A stretch of DNA of 64,000 nt, taken from positions 608,001 to 672,000 of the forward strand of contig CAWHBU010000002.1 in the NCBI GenBank assembly GCA_963827685.1, written 5' to 3'. The stretch is from an uncultured delta proteobacterium (lineage in GTDB: Bacteria > Desulfobacterota > BSN033 > UBA1163). This document shows, one piece after another, positions 1 to 10,875 of this stretch; the first letter of the stretch is position 1, and the number at the start of each line of letters is the position of its first letter. The notes beneath the pieces are model-generated. The model had not been told where the DNA came from, made no database searches, and saw only the letters and a list, made by a program, of their open reading frames with translations. The position numbers and the translations under genes were made by a program.

Positions 1-237
1 GCAAGGGAGTTCGCGCAGAGGGGGATCAATATCAATGCCATCGCTCCCGGATATATCGAAACCCCGATGACTGAGGTCCTTCCAGAGAAAGCGAAGGAGG
101 AATTAAAAAAGTTGATTCCCATGGAGCGATTAGGTAAACCCGAGGATGTGGCCGAAGCCGTACTCTTCCTCGTTTCCGAAGAATCCAGTTATATTACCGG
201 TCAGGTGTTGAATGTGAACGGTGGCATCTATATGTGA
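1..237 (+). CDS. fabG: 3-oxoacyl-ACP reductase, 3' part (truncated by window edge)
   Basis: Frame 1 reads AREFAQRGININAIAPGYIETPMT...ITGQVLNVNGGIYM*, an SDR C-terminus directly upstream of acpP. Confidence 0.93.
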   Translation, partial: AREFAQRGININAIAPGYIETPMTEVLPEKAKEELKKLIPMERLGKPEDVAEAVLFLVSEESSYITGQVLNVNGGIYM

Positions 238-262
238 CGAATCAAATTAAGGAGGTGATTAA

Positions 263-499
263 ATGTCCATTGATAAGAGGGTCAAAGAGATTATCGTAGA
301 GCAATTGGGTGTCAATGAAAACGAGGTGGCTCCAGAGGCTAAATTCGTTGATGACTTGGGAGCGGATTCTCTCGATTTAGTCGAGTTGGTCATGGCTTTG
401 GAGGAGGAATATAATATAGAGATCTCCGATGAAGAGGCAGAGAAGATCCTAACCGTTGGAGATGCTATTGAATATATCCAATCCCATGTCACTCAGTAA
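263..499 (+). CDS. acpP: Acyl carrier protein
   Basis: DLGADSLD phosphopantetheine motif; RBS AAGGAGGT. Confidence 0.98.
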   Translation: MSIDKRVKEIIVEQLGVNENEVAPEAKFVDDLGADSLDLVELVMALEEEYNIEISDEEAEKILTVGDAIEYIQSHVTQ

Positions 500-538
500 A
501 GGTTCTCACCCGGCACATGCTGAAGGAGGTGTGAGGTT

Positions 539-1780
539 TTGGGAAGAAGGGTTGTTGTTACAGGGATGGGGTTGGTGATCCCCGTTGGAATCGGAGTCGA
601 AACGGCGTGGAAAAATGTCTGTGAAGGAAAGTCAGGCATTGGCGCCCTCACGCGGTTCGATACAAACGGATTTGAGACGAAGATTGCAGGGGAGGTGAGG
701 AACTTCAACCCGGAGTTGTACATTGATAAGAAAGAGATCAAAAAAATGGATCTCTTCATTCATTATGCCATTGCGGCCACCAAGGAAGCCTTGGACGATG
801 CCCGGTTGACCATCACTGCGGAAAACTCTGAGCGGATCGGGGTGATCGTGGGGACAGGCTTAGGAGGATTACCGAGTCTTGAAAGATATCACAAAATCCT
901 TCTGGAAAAGGGACCGGGCCGAATCTCGCCATTCTTCATCCCGATGCTCATTGCCAATTTGGCATCTGGACAGATTGCTATCCAGTTTGGTCCCAAGGGG
1001 CCCAACACGTGTGTGGTTACAGCCTGTGCGACAGGGGGGCATTGTATAGGGGATGCCTTTCGTGCCATTGTTTATGGAGATGCGGAAGCAATGATTGCCG
1101 GGGGCACCGAAGCCAATATTACCCCGCTCACCATTGGTGGGTTCAATGCGATGAAGGCTCTTTCTACGAGAAATGATGAGCCAGAGAAGGCCTGCCGGCC
1201 TTTTGAGAAGAATCGGGACGGCTTTGTTGTCGCAGAGGGTGCAGGAATTTTGGTTTTAGAGGAACTACAGTTTGCATTAAAGCGAAAGGCAAAGATCTAT
1301 GCGGAATTGATAGGCTACGGTTACACGGGCGATGCCTACCATATTACTGCCCCATCCCCGGATGGCGACGGTGCTGTACGATGTATGAGGATGGCGATTA
1401 AAGATGCCGGGCTGAAGCCAGAGGACATAGATTACATCAATGCCCATGGAACCTCCACCCCGCTTAATGACTTGACCGAGACAGTTGCCATTAAAAAGCT
1501 ATTCGGTGCTCATGCCAAAAAGGTACCCATCAGTGCAACCAAATCGATGACCGGCCATCTCTTAGGGGCAGCCGGAAGCACAGAAGCCATTTTCACTATT
1601 TTGGCCATTCAGAATGGGATCATGCCACCTACCATTAACTATGAGGAGCCCGACCCACAATGTGATTTAGATTATGTACCCAACGTGGCAAGACGAAAAC
1701 CTTTAAAGGTCGGCATGTCTAACGCCTTCGGATTTGGTGGTACCAATGCCGCGCTCGTCTTCAAGAAATTTGAAGGATAA
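539..1780 (+). CDS. fabF: Beta-ketoacyl-ACP synthase II
   Basis: RRVVVTG, TACATG (catalytic Cys), [23 protein letters not shown]. Confidence 0.97.
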   Translation: MGRRVVVTGMGLVIPVGIGVETAWKNVCEGKSGIGALTRFDTNGFETKIAGEVRNFNPELYIDKKEIKKMDLFIHYAIAATKEALDDARLTITAENSERIGVIVGTGLGGLPSLERYHKILLEKGPGRISPFFIPMLIANLASGQIAIQFGPKGPNTCVVTACATGGHCIGDAFRAIVYGDAEAMIAGGTEANITPLTIGGFNAMKALSTRNDEPEKACRPFEKNRDGFVVAEGAGILVLEELQFALKRKAKIYAELIGYGYTGDAYHITAPSPDGDGAVRCMRMAIKDAGLKPEDIDYINAHGTSTPLNDLTETVAIKKLFGAHAKKVPISATKSMTGHLLGAAGSTEAIFTILAIQNGIMPPTINYEEPDPQCDLDYVPNVARRKPLKVGMSNAFGFGGTNAALVFKKFEG

Positions 1781-1783
1781 AGC

Positions 1784-2236
1784 ATGCAGATTGGGTTGGC
1801 CTGTGACCATGGAGGCTTCGAGCTCAAAGAAGAGCTGAAGGCCTTTTTGAAATCCCTCGGTGTCAAAGCGATTGACATGGGTACCTTCAACGAAGATTCA
1901 GTGGATTATTCAGATTTTGGAGTCTTGGTAGCGGACAAGGTCTCTCGGGGAGAATTGGAGAAGGGTATCCTCGTCTGTGGTACCGGCATTGGGATGTCCA
2001 TTGTAGCAAATAAATTTCCGAGAATCAGAGCGGCTCTGGCCAACGATCTTTATTCTTCCCGTTGCAGTCGAGAACATAATGATGCCAATATCTTGATTAT
2101 TGGTGGTAGAATTGTAGGGAAGGAACTGGCAAAAGAAATCGTGAAGGTTTGGTTGGAGACCCCTTTTGCTGGGGGGAGGCATAAAAGGCGAATAGAAAAA
2201 ATCGAGGCCCTGGAAAAGGTAAACTTTAAGAAGTAA
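1784..2236 (+). CDS. rpiB: Ribose-5-phosphate isomerase B
   Basis: DHGG, CGTGIG, HNDAN, GGRH motifs. Confidence 0.96.
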   Translation: MQIGLACDHGGFELKEELKAFLKSLGVKAIDMGTFNEDSVDYSDFGVLVADKVSRGELEKGILVCGTGIGMSIVANKFPRIRAALANDLYSSRCSREHNDANILIIGGRIVGKELAKEIVKVWLETPFAGGRHKRRIEKIEALEKVNFKK

Positions 2237-2419
2237 GCACCAAATCCCAAGCCCTGTGCCTAATATGGTGCAGGGCAAGCACCAAATACCAAATGGCAAA
2301 TACCAAATAATTTCCAATTACCAAAATTCAAAATTTCAAACAAATGTTTAGGTCATTAAAGATTGGAATTTGTGAATTGTTTGGGATTTGAAGTTTGTCA
2401 TTTGGAACTTGGAATTTGG
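2235..2419. repeat. Inverted degenerate heptamer-repeat element (CCAAAT-type units, then ATTTGG-type units)
   Basis: Left arm ...caccaaat accaaat ggcaaat accaaat...; right arm ...gtcatttggaacttggaatttgg. Confidence 0.8.
2252..2275. repeat. 24-bp palindromic mini-element with 4-bp direct repeat CAAG
   Basis: caag|ccctgtgcc-taatat-ggtgcaggg|caag. Confidence 0.6.
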
Positions 2420-2443
2420 ACATATCCTCTCGATGGCTCACCC

Positions 2444-2941
2444 TTGAAAGAGAAAGAGAAAAAAAAGGTTTCTTCCCATCGACCCTCCTGGGAAGAGTAT
2501 TTTATGGACATCACTCATCTCGTTGCCAAGCGATCGACCTGTCTGCGAAGGCAGGTAGGAGCTGTCCTCGTCAAAGATAAAAAGATTCTGGCTACGGGTT
2601 ACAATGGGGCTCCCTCCCGACTGGAACACTGCTTGGACGTCGGTTGTCTCCGGGAGAAACAAGGAATCCCTTCCGGGGAGCGACACGAACTCTGCCGGGG
2701 CCTCCATGGTGAGCAGAATGCAATTATCCAAGCCGCCTACCACGGAGTGGAGATTCGGGGAGCTACCCTTTACTGTACCAACCACCCCTGTATTATTTGT
2801 TCGAAAATGATCATCAATGCAGGAATTCAGAAGGTCGTCTACGAAGATGGCTATGCTGATTCCTTGGCCAGGGAGATGTTCAAAGAGTCGGGAGTTAAAA
2901 TTGAAAAGTTCGACCGAAAGAGAGTAGAAAGTGGAAGGTAG
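2444..2941 (+). CDS. Deoxycytidylate (dCMP) deaminase, ComEB/Tad family; start uncertain
   Basis: [18 protein letters not shown], HxEQNA and PCxxC zinc motifs; the longer ORF start lies inside the upstream repeat. Confidence 0.9.
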   Translation: MKEKEKKKVSSHRPSWEEYFMDITHLVAKRSTCLRRQVGAVLVKDKKILATGYNGAPSRLEHCLDVGCLREKQGIPSGERHELCRGLHGEQNAIIQAAYHGVEIRGATLYCTNHPCIICSKMIINAGIQKVVYEDGYADSLAREMFKESGVKIEKFDRKRVESGR

Positions 2942-2991
2942 AGAGTGGATATAAGAAAGTCCACACACCACTTTCCACCTACGACAATCTA
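2923..2991. repeat. Inverted heptamer-repeat element (AGTGGAA / TTCCACT-like) overlapping the deaminase stop
   Basis: agtagaa agtggaa ggtagag agtggat ... tccacac accactt tccacct. Confidence 0.7.
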
Positions 2992-2996
2992 AAAAT

Positions 2997-3470
2997 ATGA
3001 AATGCCCCTTCTGTAACCATCCAGAAAGTAAAGTGGTCGATTCCCGATTGGGAAAAGATAAAGACACTATTCGACGAAGGAGGGAATGTCTCGGCTGCCA
3101 CAAACGATTTACCACCAGCGAGAGGGCAGAGGATGCCCTTCCATTGGTCGTGAAGAGGGATGGCCGAAGAGAACCTTTTAATCGCCTTAAGATCTTCAAC
3201 GGCCTGAAAAAGGCCTGCGAGAAGAGGCCCATCAGTATTAACGTGATTGAAAAGATTGTCAATCGTATCGAGCTCCATTTCCAGGAGAGAGGAGAAAGGG
3301 AAGTTAAGAGCACTGAGATTGGGGAGAGGGTGATGGAGGAACTCCACCGTTTAGATGGAGTGGCTTATATCCGATTCGCCTCTGTCTATCGGCAGTTCAA
3401 AGACATTCAAGAGTTCATAGATGAGTTGAAGGACCTCCTTGGGAATAAGGAAGAGGCGAAAAAGAAATAA
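2997..3470 (+). CDS. nrdR: Transcriptional repressor NrdR
   Basis: MKCPFC...DSR...IRRRREC..C zinc ribbon, ATP cone, YIRFASVYR. Confidence 0.98.
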   Translation: MKCPFCNHPESKVVDSRLGKDKDTIRRRRECLGCHKRFTTSERAEDALPLVVKRDGRREPFNRLKIFNGLKKACEKRPISINVIEKIVNRIELHFQERGEREVKSTEIGERVMEELHRLDGVAYIRFASVYRQFKDIQEFIDELKDLLGNKEEAKKK

Positions 3471-3531
3471 TCTCGAAATCTGAAGCGCGAATTTCCTACC
3501 TACCGCAGACTGGCGAAGCAAGGGTTTAAAG

Positions 3532-3748
3532 TCCAAATGTCAAAATCCAAATGTCAAATGAATGTCAAAGCTCGAAATCCAAAGGGTCGTTGACATTTGA
3601 CCGGAACGTGCCCCGCAAGCCCCGCCTTGTAGGCGGGGTTAAGGGGCACAATATGGAATGATATTACAATGCCGGGAAGCCCCGCCCTGTGGGCGGGGAG
3701 CTTCACTTTGGATTTGATTTGACATTTGAGTTTTGGCATTTGACATTT
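3532..3748. repeat. Inverted heptamer-repeat element (CAAATGT / ACATTTG) interrupted by a mini mobile element
   Basis: caaatgt caaaatc caaatgt caaatga ... ttgacatttgagttttggcatttgacattt. Confidence 0.8.
3602..3706 (+). mobile_element. Non-autonomous IS200/IS605-type element (PATE-like), 105 bp
   Basis: Two subterminal hairpins AAGCCCCGCCttgtaGGCGGGG and AAGCCCCGCCCtgtGGGCGGGG; ends in TTCAC; follows TTGAC with no duplication; removing it restores the heptamer arm. Confidence 0.75.
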
Positions 3749-3778
3749 AAGTAACCGGTTTTGTTTAAAACTTAGCTT

Positions 3779-4876
3779 ATGGACGACGAACAATGGATGA
3801 AACGAGCACTCCGGCTCGCAGAGAAAGGAAGGGGAAGAACCTCACCCAATCCCATGGTGGGTGCTATTCTGGTGAAAGATGACAAACTGGTTGGGGAAGG
3901 GTACCATGCGAAAGCAGGAGAGGCTCACGCTGAGATCATCGCACTCCAACGGGCAAGGGAAGAAGCAAGAGGAGCCATCCTTTACCTCAATCTGGAGCCC
4001 TGCACCCATTATGGAAAGACACCTCCCTGTGCTCCGCAAGTGGTCGAAGCGGGTGTGAAACGTGTGGTCGTTGGGATGGAGGATCCCAACCCATTGGTAA
4101 AAGGCAAAGGGATTGAGATTCTGAGAAGTGCCGGCCTCGATGTTGAAGTAGGGATTTTGGATAAGGAGTGTCGGAGATTAAACGAGGCCTTTTGCAAATA
4201 TATATTAAAAAAAGAGCCTTTTGTTATTTTAAAGGCTGCCGCCACGCTGGATGGCAAAATAGCTACCCGAAATGGTGATTCCAAATGGATTTCCGGAGAG
4301 ACTTCGAGACGTTTCGTCCACAAATTGAGGAGTCAAGTAGATGGAGTTCTTGTAGGCATCGGGACCGTATTGAAAGATGACCCCCAGCTTACAGCCAGGA
4401 TCAGGGGAGGAAGAGACCCCTATCGTATTGTTCTCGATAGTCGTTTGAAGATTTCAGAAGCAGCCAGAGTGATTGGAACCCTTCCTTCAAAAGCAATCGT
4501 AGCCACAACAGAGTTAGCCCCTGAAGATAAGATAGAAAGATTGGGGAAGAGAGGAGCTCGGATCTTGACCCTCGATTCCAAAGAAGGAAGGGTGAATTTG
4601 AAGTCATGTCTCTCCAAACTGGGGGAGATCGGGATGATGAGCCTTCTGGTGGAAGGAGGGAGTCAGGTCAATGGTTCGTTCTTGGATGAAGGTTTGATCG
4701 ATAAACTTCTTCTCTTTCTCTCCCCTAAATTGATCGGTGATAACCAGGCTCTGGGAATCTTTGGCGGGAGAGGAGTATCCAACCTCCAAGAGGCGATTCC
4801 TCTAAAAGAAATTAAAGCAAGAAGAATTGGAGAAGACATACTTTTAGAGGGCTATTTGGAATGGGAAATAGAGTAA
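3779..4876 (+). CDS. ribD: Riboflavin biosynthesis deaminase/reductase
   Basis: PNPMVG, HAE, LEPCxHxGxTPPC, SKWIS, LVEGG. Confidence 0.97.
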   Translation: MDDEQWMKRALRLAEKGRGRTSPNPMVGAILVKDDKLVGEGYHAKAGEAHAEIIALQRAREEARGAILYLNLEPCTHYGKTPPCAPQVVEAGVKRVVVGMEDPNPLVKGKGIEILRSAGLDVEVGILDKECRRLNEAFCKYILKKEPFVILKAAATLDGKIATRNGDSKWISGETSRRFVHKLRSQVDGVLVGIGTVLKDDPQLTARIRGGRDPYRIVLDSRLKISEAARVIGTLPSKAIVATTELAPEDKIERLGKRGARILTLDSKEGRVNLKSCLSKLGEIGMMSLLVEGGSQVNGSFLDEGLIDKLLLFLSPKLIGDNQALGIFGGRGVSNLQEAIPLKEIKARRIGEDILLEGYLEWEIE

Positions 4877-5538
4877 TGTTCACTGGAATCATAGAAGACA
4901 AAGGGAAGGTTTTAAGGGTGGAATACCGAGGAAAAGAAAAGAGGTTGGCCATAGGATTGCCACTTTATTTGACAGAAGTGCAACTTGGTGATAGTATTAA
5001 TATAAATGGAGTTTGTTTAACCGTTGTTCAGAAGAAGGGACAGGAAATCGAACTTGATCTGTCCCAAGAGACTCTTCAAAAAACGATATTGGGGGAGTTG
5101 AGAGAAGGGAACCCAGTCAATTTGGAAAGAGCCCTGAGGCTGACAGATCGCCTGGGAGGGCATATTGTAACCGGGCACATTGATGGGATTGGGGTGATTG
5201 TTGAAAAGAGGAAGGAAAGGGATTTCTTTCAATTGAGGATAACGATTCCTGAATCCGTATCAAGGTATGTTGTACAAAAAGGGTCCATCGCCATTGACGG
5301 AATCAGCCTGACGGTGAATGAATATCAGGGAAGAGAGATTCAAATAACCCTGATTCCATACACGGTAGAGAAAACCACTCTCATGGACAAAAAGGTTGGA
5401 GATCGAGTCAATGTGGAAGCTGATATTTTGGGCAAATATGTAGAAAAGCTTTTTGCCCGGGGGGACAGGAAATCTGGTAATATAGATCTGTCTTTTTTAA
5501 TGGAGCACGGTTTTACGAAAGGAGATGGAGAGGTTTAA
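4876..5538 (+). CDS. ribE: Riboflavin synthase (alpha chain)
   Basis: MFTGI N-terminus, GVCLTV, GGHIVTGHID, GISLTV. Confidence 0.96.
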   Translation: MFTGIIEDKGKVLRVEYRGKEKRLAIGLPLYLTEVQLGDSININGVCLTVVQKKGQEIELDLSQETLQKTILGELREGNPVNLERALRLTDRLGGHIVTGHIDGIGVIVEKRKERDFFQLRITIPESVSRYVVQKGSIAIDGISLTVNEYQGREIQITLIPYTVEKTTLMDKKVGDRVNVEADILGKYVEKLFARGDRKSGNIDLSFLMEHGFTKGDGEV

Positions 5539-6750
5539 ATGATACATAGAATCGAGGCTGCATTAGAGGATATCCGTCAGGGGAAGATGGTGATCCTGGT
5601 CGATGACGAAGATCGGGAAAATGAAGGCGATCTCACCATGGCATCAGAGAAGGTGACGCCTGAGGCCATCAATTTTATGGCAAAGTACGGAAGGGGATTG
5701 ATTTGCCTTTCATTAACCGACGAAAGGCTCAATGAGCTTCGTCTCCCAATGATGGTCTCTGAAAATACGTCACGGTTTCAGACCGCTTTCACCGTCTCCA
5801 TCGATGCACGTAAAGGGGTCACCACGGGTATTTCAGCAGCTGACCGGGCAACCACTATTTTGACTGCTGTGGATGAAAACACCCGGCCCGAAGATTTGGT
5901 CTCACCCGGTCATATATTTCCGTTAAGAGCCAGACAGGGTGGGGTGTTGGTCCGAACCGGCCAGACTGAAGGGTCGGTCGATTTAGCGAGATTAGCAGGG
6001 CTAAAGCCGGCAGGCGTGATCTGCGAGATCATGAAAGATGATGGGACGATGGCAAGGATGCCTGATCTTCAGATCTTTGCTGAAGAACATGGGCTAAAGA
6101 TTGTAACCATTGCCGATTTGATCAAATATCGCCTGAATAAAGAGTCCCTGGTTCGAAGGATTGCCACGGCCACCCTTCCTACAAAATACGGGGGTGTGTT
6201 TACAGCCATTGCCTATGAAAACGATGTGGATTCCTATCACCACATTGCCTTGCTCAAAGGGGAGATTGGACCAGAGGACACAGTCCTGGTGAGGGTTCAT
6301 TCGCAATGTCTCACCGGTGATGTATTCGGATCGAAGCGATGCGACTGCCAAGAACAGCTTCACACGGCCATGGCGATGGTAGAAAAAGAGGGGAAAGGTG
6401 TTATCGTCTATATGAGGCAGGAGGGAAGAGGAATCGGATTGGTCAATAAACTGAGAGCTTACTGTCTTCAAGATATGGGGAAGGATACGGTGGAAGCCAA
6501 TGAGGCACTGGGATTCAAGGCTGATATGAGGGATTATGGAATCGGGGCTCAGATCCTTGCGGATCTTGGTCTTCATAAGATTCGCCTGATGACCAACAAT
6601 CCTCGAAAGATCATCGGTCTGGAAGGATATGGCATTGAGGTGGTCGAGAGGGTACCGATCGAGACAAAACCCCATCAAGAGAATATTGAATACCTTAAGG
6701 CGAAAGCAAAGAAGATGGGTCACCTGCTCTCCATCAAATCGGGAGACTGA
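5539..6750 (+). CDS. ribBA: DHBP synthase / GTP cyclohydrolase II
   Basis: [33 protein letters not shown]. Confidence 0.97.
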   Translation: MIHRIEAALEDIRQGKMVILVDDEDRENEGDLTMASEKVTPEAINFMAKYGRGLICLSLTDERLNELRLPMMVSENTSRFQTAFTVSIDARKGVTTGISAADRATTILTAVDENTRPEDLVSPGHIFPLRARQGGVLVRTGQTEGSVDLARLAGLKPAGVICEIMKDDGTMARMPDLQIFAEEHGLKIVTIADLIKYRLNKESLVRRIATATLPTKYGGVFTAIAYENDVDSYHHIALLKGEIGPEDTVLVRVHSQCLTGDVFGSKRCDCQEQLHTAMAMVEKEGKGVIVYMRQEGRGIGLVNKLRAYCLQDMGKDTVEANEALGFKADMRDYGIGAQILADLGLHKIRLMTNNPRKIIGLEGYGIEVVERVPIETKPHQENIEYLKAKAKKMGHLLSIKSGD

Positions 6751-6850
6751 TGGTGATTGGTGACTCGTGACTCGTGATTTGATAAGAATAATGATAGGTC
6801 ATTAGCGGAGTAAGAATTTCGAATCACGAATCACTGACACGGTTCACAAT
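6751..6850. repeat. Inverted heptamer-repeat element (TCGTGAC / TCACGAA)
   Basis: tggtgat tggtgac tcgtgac tcgtgat ... tttcgaa tcacgaa tcactga. Confidence 0.75.
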
Positions 6851-6864
6851 GAAAGGAGAAGAAG

Positions 6865-7347
6865 ATGGTGAAGACCTTCGAAGGCAAATTGATGGCCAAG
6901 GGACTCAAATTTGGGATTGTCTTGAGCCGATTCAATGACTTTATTGGCGAACGACTTCTGGAAGGGGCAATGGATGCCTTACGGCGAAGTGGGGCGGAGG
7001 AGGGGGATTGTGCGGTAGCTCGGGTTCCGGGGGCCTTTGAGATTCCCCTGGTTGCAAAGAAGATGGTCAAGAGCGGGCGATATGATGCCGTCATTTGCTT
7101 AGGCTCTGTGATCCGTGGAGCCACTCCTCATTTTGGTTATATTGCTAATGAGGTCACCAAAGGGATTGCCAGCCTCACCTTGGAAAGTGAAGTTCCTATC
7201 TCCTTCGGGGTGCTGATTACCGATACCATCGAACAGGCGATTGAAAGGGCAGGGACCAAAGTCGGGAACAAAGGTTTTGATGCGGCGATGTCAGCCATCG
7301 AAATGGCCAATCTCGTGAAGGAGATAGGAAAGGGTAAACCCCGTTAG
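6865..7347 (+). CDS. ribH: 6,7-dimethyl-8-ribityllumazine synthase
   Basis: [26 protein letters not shown]. Confidence 0.97.
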   Translation: MVKTFEGKLMAKGLKFGIVLSRFNDFIGERLLEGAMDALRRSGAEEGDCAVARVPGAFEIPLVAKKMVKSGRYDAVICLGSVIRGATPHFGYIANEVTKGIASLTLESEVPISFGVLITDTIEQAIERAGTKVGNKGFDAAMSAIEMANLVKEIGKGKPR

Positions 7348-7491
7348 AACGTCTGCTACTTCATAACGGGAAGGCTCACACGGGGCATTGAACCCCGTGT
7401 TCGCTCCGTTTAGAGATAAATCTCTAACGGGGTTCGCTGAAAAGGGAATAGTTTTCATCCCGGCTGCAAGCAGCGGGGTTTTCTAACGGGG
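7339..7491. mobile_element. 153-bp MITE-like element, terminal IR CCCCGTTAGAA/TTCTAACGGGG, flanked by TAAA direct repeat
   Basis: taaa|ccccgttagaa...ttctaacgggg|taaa; internal hairpins cacggggcattgaaccccgtg and ttagagataaatctctaa; contains the ribH stop codon. Confidence 0.7.
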
Positions 7492-7502
7492 TAAAGGATA
7501 GT

Positions 7503-7922
7503 TTGCGGAAAAGAAGAAAATCGAGGGAGTTCGCTCTCCAGGTTCTTTATCAATTGAATATTACGAAGCAAGAGGCCGTCACGGCCCTCACTCAATTCCA
7601 GGAACATTTTTCACGCAATGGAGAAACAGATGAGTTTCTGAAACGTCTCGTCCTGGGTGTTTTGGAGCATTGCCACGAGTTCGATCGGCTCATCGAACAA
7701 TACTCAGAAAATTGGCGTTTAGATCGGATCAACATGATTGACCGAAATATCCTCCGTATGGCTCTCTTCGAACTTCTCTACTGTGAAGAGATTCCTCCTA
7801 AAGTTACCCTTAACGAAGCCATTGATCTCGGAAAACGATATGGGTCCGAAGACTCTGGAAGTTTTATCAATGGCATTTTAGACCGAATCCAGAATGAGGT
7901 TGTCCGGAAGCCCATGGAATGA
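7503..7922 (+). CDS. nusB: Transcription antitermination factor NusB
   Basis: RRKSREFALQVLY, DRNILR, NEAIDL, FINGILD. Confidence 0.97.
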   Translation: MRKRRKSREFALQVLYQLNITKQEAVTALTQFQEHFSRNGETDEFLKRLVLGVLEHCHEFDRLIEQYSENWRLDRINMIDRNILRMALFELLYCEEIPPKVTLNEAIDLGKRYGSEDSGSFINGILDRIQNEVVRKPME

Positions 7923-7960
7923 AAATAGACTATTGGTTAAGGTCAGGAGGCCCGCTTAGT

Positions 7961-8018
7961 ACAATGAACGATGGACAATGAACAATGAACAAAAAAGATA
8001 ATAAACTGTTCATCGTCC
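7961..8018. repeat. Heptamer tandem repeat (ACAATGA x4, degenerate) with a short complementary arm
   Basis: acaatga acgatgg acaatga acaatga ... tgttcatcgtcc. Confidence 0.65.
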
Positions 8019-8080
8019 CTAAATAATATGGGGATCGTTACCCTAACCCAACGACCAAGGGCTTCTGATTACGAAGGAAT

Positions 8081-8650
8081 ATGGATATCATTCTTTCCAA
8101 AGAAAGGGTTGATGTTCAGGAGTGCGATGTCCTGGTCAGCGGATTTTTTATGGATGAGAGGCCACTGAAGGGATCGAGTGGCTGGATCGATTGGAGGCTC
8201 AATGGAAAATTATCTCGGCTCCTGATGGAGAAGAAGTTGACCGGCGATTGGAAGGAGGCAACTTTGATCCCCACACAGGGAAGGATTATGCCCCCGTTGA
8301 CCCTTCTCCTCGGTCTTGGAGAAATGAAAGAATACACTTATCTTCGCCTCCGGGAACTCCCTCCCCATCTCTTGGAGATCCTTAAGAAACTGGACGCTAT
8401 CAATGTTTGCCTTTCGCTTCCCTATGAAGAGAGCTACAGCGTGAGTTGTGGTAAATTGGCCGAGGTTCTCATCAAAGGGATCGCGGATTGCTTAAATCTG
8501 AGTGGATATCCATTTAATGGAGAATGGATCAAGAGACTTAGGCTTCATTTCGCGGAAGGGGAAGAGCATTTCTCAGAGATTCTTTCTGGGGTTCACACCG
8601 CCAAGTCCATTTTGACAAAACGCATTCAGGTCAGGATTTCCACTCCCTGA
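8081..8650 (+). CDS. Stand-alone peptidase M17 N-terminal-like domain protein
   Basis: DERPLKG..GWIDWRLNG.LS, LLLGLG; no catalytic M17 domain. Confidence 0.7.
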   Translation: MDIILSKERVDVQECDVLVSGFFMDERPLKGSSGWIDWRLNGKLSRLLMEKKLTGDWKEATLIPTQGRIMPPLTLLLGLGEMKEYTYLRLRELPPHLLEILKKLDAINVCLSLPYEESYSVSCGKLAEVLIKGIADCLNLSGYPFNGEWIKRLRLHFAEGEEHFSEILSGVHTAKSILTKRIQVRISTP

Positions 8651-8700
8651 CAAGGCGCAAGGAGCAAAGAGTCTTAACACCACGCGGTATACCTGCTTGA

Positions 8701-8722
8701 GTCTGCCTGCCGGTAGGCAGGC
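8701..8722. repeat. REP-like palindrome GTCTGCCTGCCGGTAGGCAGGC between convergent genes
   Basis: Hairpin gtctgcctgcc-ggtaggcaggc. Confidence 0.55.
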
Positions 8723-8749
8723 GGTCTGCTTCATGCCATAAAGTGTTTA

Positions 8750-9697
8750 TCAATGAGTGTTTGAAAGTTTTTCTTCGAAATATTGAAGCGTTCTTCTCAG
8801 TCCTTCTTGACGACCTACTTTAGGTTTCCATCCTAATATCGTCTTTGCCTTGGTGATGTCCGGTTGTCTCACCTTGGGGTCATTCTGGGGTAAGGGGCAA
8901 AAAACAATCCGACTTTTACGTCCGGTCAAGTTGAGGATCTCTTTTGCGAAGTCCAAGATGGTAATCTCCTCAGGGTTTCCCAGGTTGACGGGGTCCGCTA
9001 CATCGGAATCAAGAAGTTTTTCGATTCCTTCGATTAAGTCATCCACATAACAGAAACTGCGGGTTTGAGTGCCGTTTCCGTAAACCGTGATATCCTCTCC
9101 TTTCAATGCCTGAACCATAAAGTTGGGCAACGCCCTTCCATCGTCAAGCCTCATACGCGGGCCATAGGTGTTGAAGATTCGTGCAATTCGGGTTTGGAGA
9201 CCGTGCGTCCGGTGGTAAGCCATGGTAATGGCTTCAGCAAACCTTTTCGCTTCATCGTAGACTCCTCTTGGTACCACAGGATCAACATTCCCCGGATACG
9301 ATTCTGGTTGGGGATGGATCATGGGGTCTCCGTAGACCTCAGACGTCGAGGCGAGGAGAAACCTTGCTTTCTTCTCCTTTGCTAAACCGAGTGCTTTATG
9401 AGTGCCCAACGATCCCACTTTCAACGTTTGAATCGGATAGTCAAGGTAATCCTTTGGACTCGCGAGGGATGCGAAGTGGAGGATATGGTTGAGTCTTCCT
9501 TCAACATGAAGGTATTCGGTCACGTCGTATTTGATAAATTTAAATCTTTCATGTTCCATTAAGTGAGCGATATTTTCAATATTCTCTTTTTTGATCAGAT
9601 TATCCATACAGATAACCTCATGCCCCTGAGCAATAAAAAAATCGCAGAGGTGGGAGCCGAGAAATCCTGCTCCTCCCGTAATCAAAGTCCTTTCCAT
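8750..9697 (-). CDS. UDP-glucuronate decarboxylase-like SDR (NAD-dependent epimerase/dehydratase)
   Basis: [37 protein letters not shown]. Confidence 0.93.
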   Translation of the reverse strand: MERTLITGGAGFLGSHLCDFFIAQGHEVICMDNLIKKENIENIAHLMEHERFKFIKYDVTEYLHVEGRLNHILHFASLASPKDYLDYPIQTLKVGSLGTHKALGLAKEKKARFLLASTSEVYGDPMIHPQPESYPGNVDPVVPRGVYDEAKRFAEAITMAYHRTHGLQTRIARIFNTYGPRMRLDDGRALPNFMVQALKGEDITVYGNGTQTRSFCYVDDLIEGIEKLLDSDVADPVNLGNPEEITILDFAKEILNLTGRKSRIVFCPLPQNDPKVRQPDITKAKTILGWKPKVGRQEGLRRTLQYFEEKLSNTH

Positions 9698-9956
9698 TTT
9701 GTTCCTCCTGCTAAAATCCTCCCAGCCCCCCTTGCTAAAGGGGGAACAGAGGAGATAAATGATCTGCATCGTTCAAGAAAATGAACTATTACGCCTTTTC
9801 AGAAATCTTTTGATGGAGGCTTAACTATTACCATAGTCGAGAGGACTTGTAAACATGTCATTGCCAACCCTTCAACTTTCTTTTGACAATTGGTCCGAAA
9901 TAGGGTAAAAAATGATACCCGTGTAGCATTGAATCTATTCTGGAGGGGCTCGACTT

Positions 9957-10874
9957 ATGGTTCAGAAAGTGTCGAAGATCTGGATGGACGGGAAATTGAT
10001 CCCCTGGGAAGAGGCCAACGTCCACATCCTGACGCATAGTCTTCATTATGGCTTGGGAGTCTTTGAAGGAATCCGATGTTATCTTGGTCATGACGGGAAG
10101 TCCGCAGTCTTCAGATTAAGGGAGCATGTGGACCGACTCTTCGATTCTGCCCAGATCGGAGATATCAAAATCCCTTATTCCAAGAGGGAGATTGCAGAGG
10201 CCTGTAAAGAGACGTTGCGGGTGAATCGATTGAGAGAAGGTTATATCCGACCGATTGTCTTCATTGGAGAAGGGGTGATGGGGGTTTATCCTGGGGATAA
10301 TCCGATCCAGGTAGCAATTATCACATGGTCATGGGGAGCCTATCTGGGAGAAGAAGCTTTGGAGAAGGGAATTCGGGTAAAGGTTTCCTCCTACACGCGT
10401 CATCACGTCAACGTGATGATGACCAAAGCGAAGATCTGCGGGAATTATGTCAATTCGGTTATGGCTAAGAGAGAAGCGGTCAAGATGGGATATGACGAAG
10501 CCTTGATGCTCGATACGGAGGGCTATGTCTCAGAGGCCAGTGGAGAGAATATCTTCATGGTGAAAAACGGGGTGTTGAAAACCACTCCCCTCACCTCCAT
10601 TCTTTCTGGGATCACCCGCGATTCCGTGATTCAAATCGCCAAGGCAAAAAAGATCACTCTGGTGGAGGAGCGATTTACTCGAGATGAACTTTATACGGCT
10701 CAAGAAGCCTTTTTTACAGGGACGGCAGCCGAGCTGACACCTATCCGGGAAGTCGACGATCGTGTCATTGGCAATGGAAAACCAGGTCCAATAACCCGAG
10801 AACTTCAAGCCGCCTTTTTCGATATCGTCAAAGGGAAAAACCCAGAATATAGAGAGTGGCTGGACTATCTTTAA
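9957..10874 (+). CDS. ilvE: Branched-chain amino acid aminotransferase
   Basis: [33 protein letters not shown]. Confidence 0.96.
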   Translation: MVQKVSKIWMDGKLIPWEEANVHILTHSLHYGLGVFEGIRCYLGHDGKSAVFRLREHVDRLFDSAQIGDIKIPYSKREIAEACKETLRVNRLREGYIRPIVFIGEGVMGVYPGDNPIQVAIITWSWGAYLGEEALEKGIRVKVSSYTRHHVNVMMTKAKICGNYVNSVMAKREAVKMGYDEALMLDTEGYVSEASGENIFMVKNGVLKTTPLTSILSGITRDSVIQIAKAKKITLVEERFTRDELYTAQEAFFTGTAAELTPIREVDDRVIGNGKPGPITRELQAAFFDIVKGKNPEYREWLDYL

Positions 10875-10875
10875 A

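Noticed and set aside
2363-2443. N-terminal extensions predicted for the deaminase (also NYN 10892-10972, SDR 9698-9769, tlyA 29283-29423)
   Set aside because: They run through repeat elements or the upstream gene; downstream starts fit the families better.
3471-3778. FMN riboswitch upstream of ribD
   Set aside because: No RFN consensus (e.g. AGGGCGGGGTGAAATTCCC); the hairpins are explained by the repeat and the IS605-like mini-element.
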